IMG/VR virus record: IMGVR_UViG_3300032322_002907
DNA: 64,000 nucleotides
Reading direction: 5' to 3' (one strand)
Source of the DNA: an uncultured virus (IMG/VR IMGVR_UViG_3300032322_002907)
Lineage: Duplodnaviria > Heunggongvirae > Uroviricota > Caudoviricetes
Every line of letters starts with the position of its first letter. The stretch's first letter is position 1. The notes under the pieces were generated by a model that was not told the origin of the DNA, searched no databases, and saw nothing but the letters and a program-made list of their open reading frames with translations. This document shows, one piece after another, positions 30,141-40,008 of this stretch. The translations under genes and the position numbers were made by a program.

Positions 30141-31462
30141 GATTTCTTCGCAAATGAATCTTTGATTAGTTCTAGAATCATTACATGATTCCGGAAATTG
30201 ATTTTGTGACGAATAGTTGAAACTATATAATTTCCTGAGTATAACATATCAGTTCCCGGGTCATTCGCATTTGCATGACTGACTGTATCAGGATAATTAA
30301 ATCGAATGACTGCACCGGCATATAAATCTGATCTGCCGTGAACGGTAATATTTACTTTAAAGTTGTTCAGCTCATTTAATTTCGTATTTCTATTGCCGAA
30401 AATATCCTTCATTCGATCTGTATAATTTTGAGTTATACCGCTAAAAAGTTTAGAGTTTGTTGGATATACTTTCACAAAAGATTCTGAGTTTCGAAATATT
30501 TCTTGTGTAAATGTCGGAACACTCAACTTACCCTCAGTATGTGTGAATGAATCAAATTCAGTGGGATAATCAAATTCCTGCACTTCATACTTTTTAGTAA
30601 GAGGATCGTAAGTAATAATCTTATTTGCATAGAATCCGTTAGTGAAGTTTTTTAAATTATCAACAAAACTTACCACTTCGAAGCTCTGCGCCAAGAAAAG
30701 TTTTGCGACAGTATCGCCTGATTCAAGGGTTCCTGGGGGGATATAAAAATATTCCCCTGCTATTTTGTTTGTCTTATCGGCTTCAATCAGAAGGTCTTCT
30801 ATACTTGAAAAGAAAAATCCTGCAGTGCTTTCCCAAAAAAGAAAATCACATGCCTTTCCGTCTCGAGGAATTGCCTTTGAACTTAACCAGTTTAAACACT
30901 TTGCAGGCGACCATCCCGGGCTGACAAATTTTAAAGTATTTTGTGTTTCGCTGAATAAGAATTGTGTTTGCACTTCCTCATTCGCTTCGATACTACTTTC
31001 AATAAACTTGACATACCTGGGGTTTTTCAAAAAAGTATCATATATTTCAAACGCAACATCAGAAACGTTTCCTGAAAACGCTTTATACACAGCCAGATTA
31101 GCATCAAATGTTGCCTCGAGTGAACAAAAATGTAGAATATATGTTTGTGTGTTATTATCTGTAACTGTTTTTTGATCTGTTACAGAATAAACGTGAAAAT
31201 ACTTCTTGAAATAAGCATTTAGAGACGGAGTTCCGTAACTGACAACAAGTATTTCATCTCCTACGATAGGTAATCGTGAAAGAATATTATTCGAATCAGT
31301 TATTAATATTTGCCCATGCAGAAAGTTTGAAAAAATATCCTCGACCAGATTGAACTCAATCAAGTAATCATTTAAATCAACTACAATTCCATTTGAAGAT
31401 ATTAGCTTTAGAAATTGAAAGTCAATTTGCCCTGGATAACTTAACTCAGTTGTACTAGCCAT
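30137..31462 (-). CDS. Baseplate hub protein (gp27-like), 441 aa
   Basis: EDIF...L.G...I.DS, FLFWE...GF.F.SIE.L, SGNY.V..IRH motifs; adjacent to gp5. Confidence 0.7.
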   Translation of the reverse strand: MASTTELSYPGQIDFQFLKLISSNGIVVDLNDYLIEFNLVEDIFSNFLHGQILITDSNNILSRLPIVGDEILVVSYGTPSLNAYFKKYFHVYSVTDQKTVTDNNTQTYILHFCSLEATFDANLAVYKAFSGNVSDVAFEIYDTFLKNPRYVKFIESSIEANEEVQTQFLFSETQNTLKFVSPGWSPAKCLNWLSSKAIPRDGKACDFLFWESTAGFFFSSIEDLLIEADKTNKIAGEYFYIPPGTLESGDTVAKLFLAQSFEVVSFVDNLKNFTNGFYANKIITYDPLTKKYEVQEFDYPTEFDSFTHTEGKLSVPTFTQEIFRNSESFVKVYPTNSKLFSGITQNYTDRMKDIFGNRNTKLNELNNFKVNITVHGRSDLYAGAVIRFNYPDTVSHANANDPGTDMLYSGNYIVSTIRHKINFRNHVMILELIKDSFAKKS

Positions 31463-32024
31463 TTATCACGGCCTCATATTCAGATAGAAATGCTGCAAGG
31501 AACTTCGGACGCAAAACACGAATGTTTCTTTTTTCTTCGTTAACCTTCGCTTCATGATCAAGATTCGTCACCGGATATGCATCAGCGTAAGGAAAAACAG
31601 GACCTCCGTCTGATCCAACTGACTGGCCCGCATCAATATCTTTTAATCTATAACTTTGTGTGGGGTCAACTACCGTGGTATCAGTGTTTGATATGGTATA
31701 GTAACGAACAGCAGATATGTTGGCGCCATATTTTACGCTTGAGTAATTATACAGTTGTTTTTCAGTCAAAGGCCAATCAAATCGCGGATCAATTATGTCA
31801 TTGATAAGAAGAATAACCCAATGATATTGAGTGTCATTGTAAAATTTAAATGAAACGATCTCGGGTGTTTCGCCGTCTTTAACTGTGTATTCTTCATAGA
31901 GGCTATAATTTTCCTTTGTATCTTGACTTACAGAAATTCTTCTTAAAATATCTGCAACTACAGAAAATGTCGCCCCCGAATCAAGAGTATATGCAACATA
32001 AGGAAATCTTGAGAAATACGACAT
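31455..32024 (-). CDS. gp53: Baseplate wedge gp53
   Basis: YF..FP, Y.V.DGE.PE.V...FY....HWVILL.N.I.DP..DWP, N..HE...NE.KR.I. Confidence 0.9.
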   Translation of the reverse strand: MSYFSRFPYVAYTLDSGATFSVVADILRRISVSQDTKENYSLYEEYTVKDGETPEIVSFKFYNDTQYHWVILLINDIIDPRFDWPLTEKQLYNYSSVKYGANISAVRYYTISNTDTTVVDPTQSYRLKDIDAGQSVGSDGGPVFPYADAYPVTNLDHEAKVNEEKRNIRVLRPKFLAAFLSEYEAVING

Positions 32025-32025
32025 A

Positions 32026-33198
32026 TTAATAACCCTTTACGATTCTTTCTTTAGTCATTAATTCGACTTCTTGGAATGTTAAAGACATTCTGATTTCTGT
32101 GGGTTCACCATCTCTAAACGATGAAAAATATTCATTTCCATATGTAACTTGCATGTCTGTCAAAACACATGTGCTGATTTTATGGAGAAACTCGTTTTCT
32201 TCCCCCTTAAAATAATATTGCATTTCAAATTCTGATGGGTAAACATAAAATAATCCATCTTTTGATAGTTCGGGATGCATGTGAAACTTAAACAGATCAA
32301 TGATTCGACGAACATTTAATACTTCGGCTACACTTTTTGGAAGAAAACTATATGAAAATGAAAACGTTCTATAGTTTACAGCTTCAAATAAAACTTCTTT
32401 AAAAGGATTAGTTGTTACTTTCGCGGCTAATTTTCCTGCTTGAACTGCAGCTCCCGCCACACCTTCTAATCCAGGAACTCCTTTTGCCAGATTTCCAATA
32501 GATGCGATTGCAGCTGCCACACCTTCTCCTGCTCGTCCTGCAAGAGTTGAATCAATCGCTGATGATCCGCCTAAAATCCCTCCAAGCATACCGAAATCAA
32601 AGTCTTTATACTTCATCGAATACTTTACAGAAGGTATTGTTTCAATGGGAAGCATTATTGCATCTGATGTTCTTTCAGGTTCTTTAACCGAAAATGTGTC
32701 AGATAATTGTTGTAAAGCAGCAGTTGTTCCTCCCGCAACAGCACCTGCAACCAATGCTCCCGCTGCACCTTTTCCTTTTTGTGTCGCTAATCTAAGTAAC
32801 GCACCTGCTTTTCCTCGTACAGAACTTTTAACTGCATTTCCGATTAATTGTCCTGTAGCAGCAGCGCCTGTAGCAGCAATCGCAGCACCTACTTGTGCAG
32901 TATTTTGTAAACCTGCTTGGCTGATTCTGTTTTGCCCTCGTGAACTCACATCAACATCAACAACTTTTGCAGGTTTAAATTTAGTTTTTCCTCGCACATT
33001 AATGTAAAATACTATATAATGTTGTAAATCTGCTCTATTTGCAATATCCTCAGGATATACTAATTGATTAATGTTATAAGGACCTGAAATAGATTGTGAA
33101 ATTGAAGTTGGGTTTCGTTGTTCACGCCCCTCAAATCCCTTTCCCAAGATCTGATCAGTATTGAACTTATCTAGAATTCTATTGCGGTCGATTGCCAT
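32026..33198 (-). CDS. gp48: Baseplate tail tube cap gp48
   Basis: YPED, NP..E.LF..V..R.F.F...F.PKS..E...V..II..FK..MHP, CVLT...V.Y, L.F.E. Confidence 0.85.
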   Translation of the reverse strand: MAIDRNRILDKFNTDQILGKGFEGREQRNPTSISQSISGPYNINQLVYPEDIANRADLQHYIVFYINVRGKTKFKPAKVVDVDVSSRGQNRISQAGLQNTAQVGAAIAATGAAATGQLIGNAVKSSVRGKAGALLRLATQKGKGAAGALVAGAVAGGTTAALQQLSDTFSVKEPERTSDAIMLPIETIPSVKYSMKYKDFDFGMLGGILGGSSAIDSTLAGRAGEGVAAAIASIGNLAKGVPGLEGVAGAAVQAGKLAAKVTTNPFKEVLFEAVNYRTFSFSYSFLPKSVAEVLNVRRIIDLFKFHMHPELSKDGLFYVYPSEFEMQYYFKGEENEFLHKISTCVLTDMQVTYGNEYFSSFRDGEPTEIRMSLTFQEVELMTKERIVKGY

Positions 33199-33202
33199 GG
33201 CT

Positions 33203-33235
33203 GATAAATATTTGAGTGTAGATTAATTATTTATG
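33203..33235. promoter_or_regulatory. Pair of late-type promoters serving the divergent gp48 and gp4 genes (GATAAATA on +, CATAAATA on -)
   Basis: One-mismatch TATAAATA copies in the 39-bp gap between the two start codons. Confidence 0.6.
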
Positions 33236-33237
33236 GT

Positions 33238-33705
33238 ATGTATAAAGAAACTTATAAAGGTCGTTATAAAGTAAAGAACCCAGACAAGTATCGAGGCAAT
33301 ATTAACGATATTATCTATCGAAGCAGCTGGGAACTAAAGTTTATGAATTGGTGTGATACGACACCCGCTATACTTGAGTGGGGATCTGAAGTGGCTGTCA
33401 TACCATATGTTTCTCCCGTGGATAAAAGAATTCATCGGTATTTTGTTGACTTCTATATGAAAGTGCAAGATAGAGATGGTCAAATAGAAAAATACTTGAT
33501 TGAGATTAAGCCGAAAAAGTTTACTCAAGAACCCGTGAAACCTAAAAGAGTAACAAAACAATTTCTAGAAGAAGTGTTTACTTATGGTGTCAATCAAGCA
33601 AAATGGAAAGCAGCAAGAGAGTTTTGCGAAGATCGAAAATGGAAATTTCTTGTTTTAACTGAGGACGAATTAAAAATAAATGGCGACTACAAAAAATCCT
33701 TTTGA
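33238..33705 (+). CDS. gp4: Head completion nuclease gp4 (TnsA-like)
   Basis: YKG.Y...NP.KY.G....I.YRSSWE..FM.WCD, W.SE...IPY, RYF.DF, EIKP, NQAKW.AA. Confidence 0.93.
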   Translation: MYKETYKGRYKVKNPDKYRGNINDIIYRSSWELKFMNWCDTTPAILEWGSEVAVIPYVSPVDKRIHRYFVDFYMKVQDRDGQIEKYLIEIKPKKFTQEPVKPKRVTKQFLEEVFTYGVNQAKWKAAREFCEDRKWKFLVLTEDELKINGDYKKSF

Positions 33706-34258
33706 AAACCTTCGATTTACAGGAAAAGACCAGGAAGCATCAGTCGACTGGTATAAAGAACGTATTGCAGATCTGGGTCGTCAAAAATTTAGGCCCGGCA
33801 ATCTAATGTCAAACAATGACCTTCTGGTTCGTCGGCTGGTGCCCGGACAACTATATTTGTATTATTATGATCCCAAAACAAAGGATAGCCTTCCGTACTA
33901 CGACACCTTCCCTCTTGTGTATCCTTACAAGCGTGTTGAAGGTGGATTTATGGGGTATAATCTTCATTACTTGCCGCCTGTTCTTCGATTCAAAGTTATG
34001 GCGACTCTATTAAATATACAGATCAGCGGAACACGTGAAGAAAAGAGGATCGCATACTCATATGGTGTTTTAAACGCTAATGAAGTAAGTAAATATTATG
34101 AGCCATGTATTCGTCGTTATTTGAATTCGCAAGTGGTATCAAACTTTCTAAAGATACCTTATGAAGATTGGTTAGCAGCATCGTTATTGCCCACAGATAG
34201 ATTTGTTAAGGCAAGTTCAGCAAAGGTCTGGAAAGAAACAATGGACAAAATCAAATGA
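33680..34258 (+). CDS. gp2: DNA end protector gp2
   Basis: Y.YDPK.K..LPYYD.FPLV, GF.G.NLHYLPP..R. Confidence 0.92.
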   Translation: MATTKNPFENLRFTGKDQEASVDWYKERIADLGRQKFRPGNLMSNNDLLVRRLVPGQLYLYYYDPKTKDSLPYYDTFPLVYPYKRVEGGFMGYNLHYLPPVLRFKVMATLLNIQISGTREEKRIAYSYGVLNANEVSKYYEPCIRRYLNSQVVSNFLKIPYEDWLAASLLPTDRFVKASSAKVWKETMDKIK

Positions 34259-34899
34259 CCACAATCTCCGAATTCGTTACACAAGTATCAACACGCGGCC
34301 TTGCAAGGCAAAATCGCTTCGAAGTAATTATTCCCAATCTTTTCGGCGATGAGAGGCTAATAAGTTTATTTTGTCAAAGTGCAAGTTTGCCGGGAGCCAC
34401 TCTTTCATTAAAAAAGCAAACTTTATTTGGGCCTGCTTATGTTAGACCTGGTTCGATTAATTATGGAGAGTCTATTAACTTATCATTCCTTTGTGATAAA
34501 GATATGTTAGTAAGGAAAGCATTTGATAATTGGATTCACTCGGTTATAAATCCTTCTAGCTTTACGTTAAACTACAAAGATGAATATGCACGAACAATAA
34601 CAATATATCAACTTGACGAAAAAGAAAATTACACATACTCGATACAACTAATTGATGCATATCCTATTGCTATTGGATCGCTTTCAATGAACCAAGCCGC
34701 ATTAGATCGTTTCCATATCTTACCTGTAACGTTTTCATACCGTGTTTGGGAAACAGCTGATATTTCAAATACAGAAATTTATCAAGCAAGCATACTTGGT
34801 CCACAAGAATTATTAAAAACTACTAGAACAACTCAACCACAACCCTCGGTAGGAAGAACAAACACAGCAGAAGATTACATACCAGCACCTCCTTTATAA
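34255..34899 (+). CDS. Tail tube-fold protein (gp54-like baseplate tail tube initiator)
   Basis: GLAR.NRFEV, C..A.LPG, F..W, Y.DEY...I.I.QL, L..AYP, VTF.YR.W. Confidence 0.75.
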   Translation: MTTISEFVTQVSTRGLARQNRFEVIIPNLFGDERLISLFCQSASLPGATLSLKKQTLFGPAYVRPGSINYGESINLSFLCDKDMLVRKAFDNWIHSVINPSSFTLNYKDEYARTITIYQLDEKENYTYSIQLIDAYPIAIGSLSMNQAALDRFHILPVTFSYRVWETADISNTEIYQASILGPQELLKTTRTTQPQPSVGRTNTAEDYIPAPPL

Positions 34900-34913
34900 A
34901 ATAGGATTAAAAA

Positions 34914-35615
34914 ATGGCTATACCTAAACTTGAAGTCCCAACCTATGAATTGACTATTCCGTCCACAGGAAAAAAAGCTAAATATCGTCCCTTTCTCGTT
35001 AAGGAATATAAAGCGTTATTGATGGCGAGAGAATCAGATGATTCTGATATTTCGCGGGTTATGGAAGAAATCGTTGACATTTGTACCTTTAACAAGCTAA
35101 ATTTAAAAACATTAGCTAGTTTTGATATTGAGTACATCTTTCTTAAGATGCGAGCAAAGTCTGTCGGAGAAAAGATAGATCTTGTTTTAACTTGTCGTTC
35201 ATGTGAAAATAAAATTGACTTTAGTGTAAATATTGATAATGTAGAGTTACAAAAGGACAAGGATCATATTAGTAAATTTATGTTGACTGAGTCGGTGGGT
35301 GTTGAAATGAAATACCCAAGATTTAAACTTGATCTTCCTGACTTAATACAAACAGGGATTGATAATTATTTTGAAGAGATTGAGAGATGTATCAAAGGAA
35401 TTTATACCAGTGATGGGAAGTATTTTGATATAACTGTAGATGATAAGGAAGAACTAAAGGAGTTTGTTGCGTCGATGAATATCGAACAGTTTGGAAAAAT
35501 TGAAAAATTCTTCCAGACCATGCCGAAATTATCAAAGAGTGTAGAACTAGTGTGTACTAATTGTAATGCAATAAACAAGGCCAAAGTCGAGGGCCTTGCA
35601 AATTTTTTCGTATAA
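34914..35615 (+). CDS. gp26: Baseplate hub assembly protein gp26 (tail assembly chaperone-like)
   Basis: MAIPKL..PTYEL..PSTG....YRPFLVKE.K.LL, DIEY.FL..RAKSVGE, CxxC motifs, FF.TMPKL, GL..FF C-terminus. Confidence 0.9.
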   Translation: MAIPKLEVPTYELTIPSTGKKAKYRPFLVKEYKALLMARESDDSDISRVMEEIVDICTFNKLNLKTLASFDIEYIFLKMRAKSVGEKIDLVLTCRSCENKIDFSVNIDNVELQKDKDHISKFMLTESVGVEMKYPRFKLDLPDLIQTGIDNYFEEIERCIKGIYTSDGKYFDITVDDKEELKEFVASMNIEQFGKIEKFFQTMPKLSKSVELVCTNCNAINKAKVEGLANFFV

Positions 35616-35630
35616 GTCTCGGAAGAGACT
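35600..35630 (+). promoter_or_regulatory. -1 programmed ribosomal frameshift signal
   Basis: A_AAT_TTT_TTC (two overlapping XXXYYYZ heptamers), 5-nt spacer, hairpin AGTCTC-GGAA-GAGACT. Confidence 0.75.
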
Positions 35631-35812
35631 CACTAGCAGATTTTTACAAAACAAATTTTGGACTTATGCAATATCATAAGTATAGTTTAACAGAGATTGA
35701 GAACATGTTGCCGTGGGAGAGGGAAATATATTTGACATTATTAGTTGAACACATTCGAGAAGAAAACGAAAGAATGCGAGACCGAATCGCAGAAAGAAGG
35801 ATGAGAGGATGA
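35609..35812 (+). CDS. 'gp51'-like baseplate hub assembly frame, probably expressed as a -1 frameshift extension of gp26 (internal ATG at 35666 gives 48 aa)
   Basis: RISLGRDSLADFYKTNFGLMQYHKYSLTEIENMLPWEREIYLTLLVEHIREENERMRDRIAERRMRG*; the family-like segment extends upstream of the first ATG; not in the ORF track. Confidence 0.8.
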   Translation, partial: RISLGRDSLADFYKTNFGLMQYHKYSLTEIENMLPWEREIYLTLLVEHIREENERMRDRIAERRMRG

Positions 35813-37479
35813 GACAACAAAAAAGATTGCCTGCTTTACTAACAGGAAATAATCTTGCTTACACAAAGCAAAATGATCCTCCCACCTCTGTACCTTCTGA
35901 GGTGAAACAATTCTATAAAGATGTTAAAGAGATTTTAAAAGAAACAAAAAAAGAGTCAAGAGCTCTCATCAATATTGAAAAAATACTTAGAAAGTCTTCC
36001 GAAGAAAAACAGATATTTGAACAAAAGCCTTACGTAGAAAAGAAACCTTTACAGGGAGCACCTGGTGCATCATCTGAAAAGGCTCCTACCTCGAATAGGC
36101 AACCTGTATCTGAAGATGAAACACCTCAAAAAGAGGACCCAAAACAACTTAGTCTTGATTTTGGGGATATTCCCACTCCCAAAAAAGTTCCTGTGCCAAG
36201 TACAGTGCCTCCTGTGCCGCCCCCAGCGGCTGCAGCGGGTATTGCAGGTCCATTAGCAGCTGCGGCAACAATCGCGACTTTACCTTTTATTGGCGCCTCA
36301 ATTGAAAAAAGAAAGATAGATGCAAATCCAAACGCTCCTGGATTAGAATTCAATCCTTATGCTATGGAAAAACGTGGCGAGACAGATGCATCTGGAAGGC
36401 CTTTAACTGCAGGACGGGCAGGCAAGCTAAATGCAAGACGTGCTGCTGGGTCTGTACGATGGGGAGAGATAAATCAAGCTGTTGAGTCGGATTTAAGCGA
36501 TGAAGAATTGTTTACTCAATACGGCAGAAATAGAGAAGATTTAAAGAAGTGGTTAAGTGAAAATAAAGATGGTAAAAATTTTTATGACATAAACACGAAA
36601 GCACCTGCAGTAGCAGATCGTGAACCCATCAAAAATATTAAACCACCTGAGCCTGAAACGCCTGTCATTGAACAAAAACGAGGTGGATTCTTTAATAAAA
36701 TAAAGGACACCTACAATTATATCAAAGAAGAAACCAACAGAGATTTATCTGGTGGGACAGGAAAACCACAAGCCGAACAAATGATTAGTTCAAACATCGA
36801 ATCCCGCAAGAAACAAGAATCCTCAGGACCTATTCTTACACAACAAGATAAACTTGATGAAGGTATTGTGTCACAAAAATCTTTGTTTGGTAATAGTTTC
36901 TTAGGAAGTTTATTTTCAAAGAAAAATCAAAAAATTGGTCAGTTCATGGCCAGCGGCTCTGATAGCAATGTTATTGAGAATCCTGAGGGTAATGTTCAAT
37001 CATATAAAACAGGTAGATTGTTGGGTCAACGTGTGTCGGGGGGTCTATTTGGTCGTGACACATATAAAGTGTCATTGGAGGGTAAAGACGGTGAAGCTGA
37101 ATATGATACTCAGTTAACTAAAAAAGATTACATGCAAATACAAAATCTTGTAAAGCAAGGTAAGTATGATGAAGCAGAGGCAAAGTTTAAAGAGCTAAAA
37201 GCAGCACAACAAGAAAGAGATATTCAGGTTCGAGCACCTGCATCACCTGAGGAGATGATTACACCAACGACCGCAAGAAGAAACTTTTCTACTGAGCTAA
37301 TGTCTGAGAGTTCACAGAATAAGAATTTAACTGGCGAGATGCAAGTTGGGGGTCAAGTACAACCTATTGTGATTCAGAATAATAATAGCACAAACACACA
37401 AACAGCTATACCCATTAAAGCTGAACCACGTATGCAATCATCATTTACACGATATAGCGATTCAAGAGCATCATATTAA
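35809..37479 (+). CDS. Putative gp29/tape-measure-like hub protein (556 aa)
   Basis: Position after gp26/gp51; low-complexity, largely helical sequence; C-terminal N/T/Q-rich tail; identity inferred from synteny only. Confidence 0.5.
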   Translation: MRQQKRLPALLTGNNLAYTKQNDPPTSVPSEVKQFYKDVKEILKETKKESRALINIEKILRKSSEEKQIFEQKPYVEKKPLQGAPGASSEKAPTSNRQPVSEDETPQKEDPKQLSLDFGDIPTPKKVPVPSTVPPVPPPAAAAGIAGPLAAAATIATLPFIGASIEKRKIDANPNAPGLEFNPYAMEKRGETDASGRPLTAGRAGKLNARRAAGSVRWGEINQAVESDLSDEELFTQYGRNREDLKKWLSENKDGKNFYDINTKAPAVADREPIKNIKPPEPETPVIEQKRGGFFNKIKDTYNYIKEETNRDLSGGTGKPQAEQMISSNIESRKKQESSGPILTQQDKLDEGIVSQKSLFGNSFLGSLFSKKNQKIGQFMASGSDSNVIENPEGNVQSYKTGRLLGQRVSGGLFGRDTYKVSLEGKDGEAEYDTQLTKKDYMQIQNLVKQGKYDEAEAKFKELKAAQQERDIQVRAPASPEEMITPTTARRNFSTELMSESSQNKNLTGEMQVGGQVQPIVIQNNNSTNTQTAIPIKAEPRMQSSFTRYSDSRASY

Positions 37480-37501
37480 AAAAGGGGCTTGCGCCCCTTT
37501 T
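37480..37501. terminator. Bidirectional intrinsic terminator
   Basis: AAAAGGGGC-TTGC-GCCCCTTTT between convergent genes. Confidence 0.85.
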
Positions 37502-37503
37502 GT

Positions 37504-38412
37504 TTAGTCGTCGTTTGCTAGCTTAGCAAAGTAAGACAACGATTCATCATCATCATCAAAATTTACTTCTTCCTTCTTTACGACAGGTTTAGGTGCTGCT
37601 GATTTTACAGGTGCTGCACGTTGCACAGGTTCATCAACTTCAATTTCCTCAGCACGCTTAGGCGCTGCGGGTGCATTGAGAACAGCATTCAACTTTGCCT
37701 TCAGTTCATCGTATGACTTGAAACGTGAAGGATCGATAAACGTCTTGAGTGCATGTTGTTGATCCCAAATCGCTGCAATTTCTTCATCAGATTTTGCAAC
37801 AGGAGAAGGTTTGTCAAATTCTGACTTGTCATAGTTGCGATAACCTTCAACCTTACGAATCTTCAGTTTGAAGTTTGCACCATTCCAGAAGTCGAAAGGA
37901 TTGACCGACTCCTCATCTTGGAATTGAGGATCAGCAACGTCTTTGATCTTGTCAAAGATTTTTTTGCCAAACTTGTACAAGAATACTTTGCCTTCATTCT
38001 CAGGACGACCCGGATCAGTCACAACAAGAATGTTGCTGATATAAGTCAGCTTACGCTTTTGAGCGCGAGCAACATCTTTGTCTGCTTCATTGCCGCTGTT
38101 CCAAAGCTGATTGTTGAGTTCACTGACAGGATCAGGCAATCCAATAGTCGTCAATGAATCTTCGATATACCACTTGCCTGTTGGGCCTTGAAAGCCATGG
38201 TTCCAAATACGAACCCAGGGAAGGTCCTCGCCTTTACACGGGGGGAGGAATCGAATAACTGCATAACCATTGCCAACCTTATCGACTTCTGGTTGCCAAA
38301 AGCGATTATCTTCTTGATTGGTGGTGGGATTGGCGATCTTTTCTACTTCCTTCATCAGGTTTTCGAAACCGCCGCGGGACTTTTTAAGATCAGAAAGAGA
38401 TTGAATAACCAT
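37504..38412 (-). CDS. gp32: Single-stranded DNA-binding protein gp32
   Basis: D.RFW....DK.GNG.AVIRFLP, HGFQGP.G.WYIE, KFGKKIFDKI, NYD.SEF, acidic C-terminus. Confidence 0.96.
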   Translation of the reverse strand: MVIQSLSDLKKSRGGFENLMKEVEKIANPTTNQEDNRFWQPEVDKVGNGYAVIRFLPPCKGEDLPWVRIWNHGFQGPTGKWYIEDSLTTIGLPDPVSELNNQLWNSGNEADKDVARAQKRKLTYISNILVVTDPGRPENEGKVFLYKFGKKIFDKIKDVADPQFQDEESVNPFDFWNGANFKLKIRKVEGYRNYDKSEFDKPSPVAKSDEEIAAIWDQQHALKTFIDPSRFKSYDELKAKLNAVLNAPAAPKRAEEIEVDEPVQRAAPVKSAAPKPVVKKEEVNFDDDDESLSYFAKLANDD

Positions 38413-38446
38413 AGTTTACTCCGTATGAAAAGTGTGTTGCGATGTA

Positions 38447-38632
38447 TTAACGTATTTTCGTTTTGTTTTGTTTGTACTCATGATCTAAGTATTCATCAAA
38501 CGCATCATCATTAAACGAATCATAATTATGCACGACCTTGCGGTATTTGTCAACGATTCGTTTGTTCTTTTTTAACTTTTTGATTTTTTTACCATCACCG
38601 TAATCATCATTAAAACGTCTAGTATCGCCCAT
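38447..38632 (-). CDS. Small hypothetical protein
   Basis: ORF between gp59 and gp32. Confidence 0.55.
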   Translation of the reverse strand: MGDTRRFNDDYGDGKKIKKLKKNKRIVDKYRKVVHNYDSFNDDAFDEYLDHEYKQNKTKIR

Positions 38633-38643
38633 AGTAAAACCTA

Positions 38644-38874
38644 TTACTCCTTGTCCTTATTAAGTTTAGATGTTTTGCGATCTACTGCAATGTAGGGCCA
38701 ATGTGAAATTTGGTCTGCAATGATCGCTTGATGTTGTGCAATTTTAACCATGTACTTTTGCATTTCGCGAATGGTCTCCGCAACAGTCAAATATCTTTCA
38801 TGAATGTCAATAACTTCTTTTTCAAGAGTATCAATTTTGGTTTCTAGACGTTCAAAGTCTTCCAATGAGTTCAC
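38644..38874 (-). CDS. Small coiled-coil hypothetical protein
   Basis: ORF overlapping the gp59 end. Confidence 0.55.
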   Translation of the reverse strand: MNSLEDFERLETKIDTLEKEVIDIHERYLTVAETIREMQKYMVKIAQHQAIIADQISHWPYIAVDRKTSKLNKDKE

Positions 38875-39445
38875 TGAACCTATCCTTTTTCATTTTGACG
38901 AAAGGGCTGTACTTCCTTATAAGTCTTGAAATATCGGGCCATACAAATGTCTCATCTATTTCTTTATCAAATTTTTCACAGAAATTGTACATTTTGTTTA
39001 GAATTACAAGAGTCTCGATTGTAATATCCTTACTCAAGTAAGCTCTTATTATATATGGGTGTTGATTTTTTTGTACTTCAAAGATTACAGCTTCGTCGAA
39101 CGCAGATAGATTCAACTCTTGAAGGACTCTTTGCATATCATTTTTAAATGTGTATGCAAGTGACTCGGTTCGTTTTTTCCAATTGAGATATGTGTCGTGC
39201 GCGCGCGTATCAAAAATACCGCCCCATTGATCTCCCGAAACAAAGTTCGACACAAGAAAGTTGATATATTCTTCGTCTTGAAATTGATTTGCCAACTTCG
39301 TATACAAGTTCTTTTGGCGCATGAATTTGTCATTCGACACTTTAATACGACCTTTATGTTTCACAACATCATAACGATCTGTGGTAAAATGCATACGAAG
39401 GGCAAGATAATAACGATAGGCCTTAAAGGCGTCCATGTTCATCAT
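38852..39445 (-). CDS. gp59: Helicase loader gp59
   Basis: Y..YLAL..HFT...YD..K..G, F.V.NF, I..ET..IL, KY.PF; between gp33 and gp32 as in T4. Confidence 0.88.
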   Translation of the reverse strand: MMNMDAFKAYRYYLALRMHFTTDRYDVVKHKGRIKVSNDKFMRQKNLYTKLANQFQDEEYINFLVSNFVSGDQWGGIFDTRAHDTYLNWKKRTESLAYTFKNDMQRVLQELNLSAFDEAVIFEVQKNQHPYIIRAYLSKDITIETLVILNKMYNFCEKFDKEIDETFVWPDISRLIRKYSPFVKMKKDRFSELIGRL

Positions 39446-39696
39446 AACGGAAGTTTACCTGTTTTCCTTTTGAAATAGTTTAGTTCCTCTGCCTCACATT
39501 GAATCTTCTCTTTGAGAGACTTATTCACCAGCGACTTGATTGATTCTACATCAATATCAGCCTCTTCGCAATAGTTGATGACAGCTTCCATGTAGGAAAG
39601 TTTTTTTGCCGTGACTAAACTTTCTATGTATAACGAAAATTCATTAGCAGTTGTAAACTTCTTTGAAATAATGAATTGATCTGTAAGTGTGTTCAT
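39442..39696 (-). CDS. gp33: Late promoter transcription accessory protein gp33
   Basis: FS..IE..V.....Y.EA...YCE...ID......L....LKEKI..EA..LN.....LP. Confidence 0.9.
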   Translation of the reverse strand: MNTLTDQFIISKKFTTANEFSLYIESLVTAKKLSYMEAVINYCEEADIDVESIKSLVNKSLKEKIQCEAEELNYFKRKTGKLPL

Positions 39697-40008
39697 TTGA
39701 ATAGAATAAGTGCCATGAAAACAGCGTTAACGATAAATCCTGCACCAATCGTCAAAACGTTAACAGTATCTTTTAAAATTGCAGCGCGAACAAAGAAAGT
39801 GACCAAAGCTGCCCAGATGAAAAGAACCAGATCAACAGGAGGCATCTTATCAGTTACACCTGCCATGACTGCTAGGAATGTAGGAATGAGTGCGGCGTGC
39901 AGGAGAACAATGCCTACCCACCCAATTGATTCGGCGGTGCTTGGTTTTAGTTTATGTTCAAAGAAGTCGAAAAGCGAACCCCTCAAAAGTGTTAGCTTTT
40001 CGAGCCAA
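39693..40008 (-). CDS. Membrane protein, ~3 TM segments (true start uncertain)
   Basis: AESIGWVGIVLLHAALIPT...P.DLVLF.W..L..FF..A...KD....TI..GF; the N-terminal part of the track ORF overlaps the hydrolase and is probably not translated. Confidence 0.6.
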
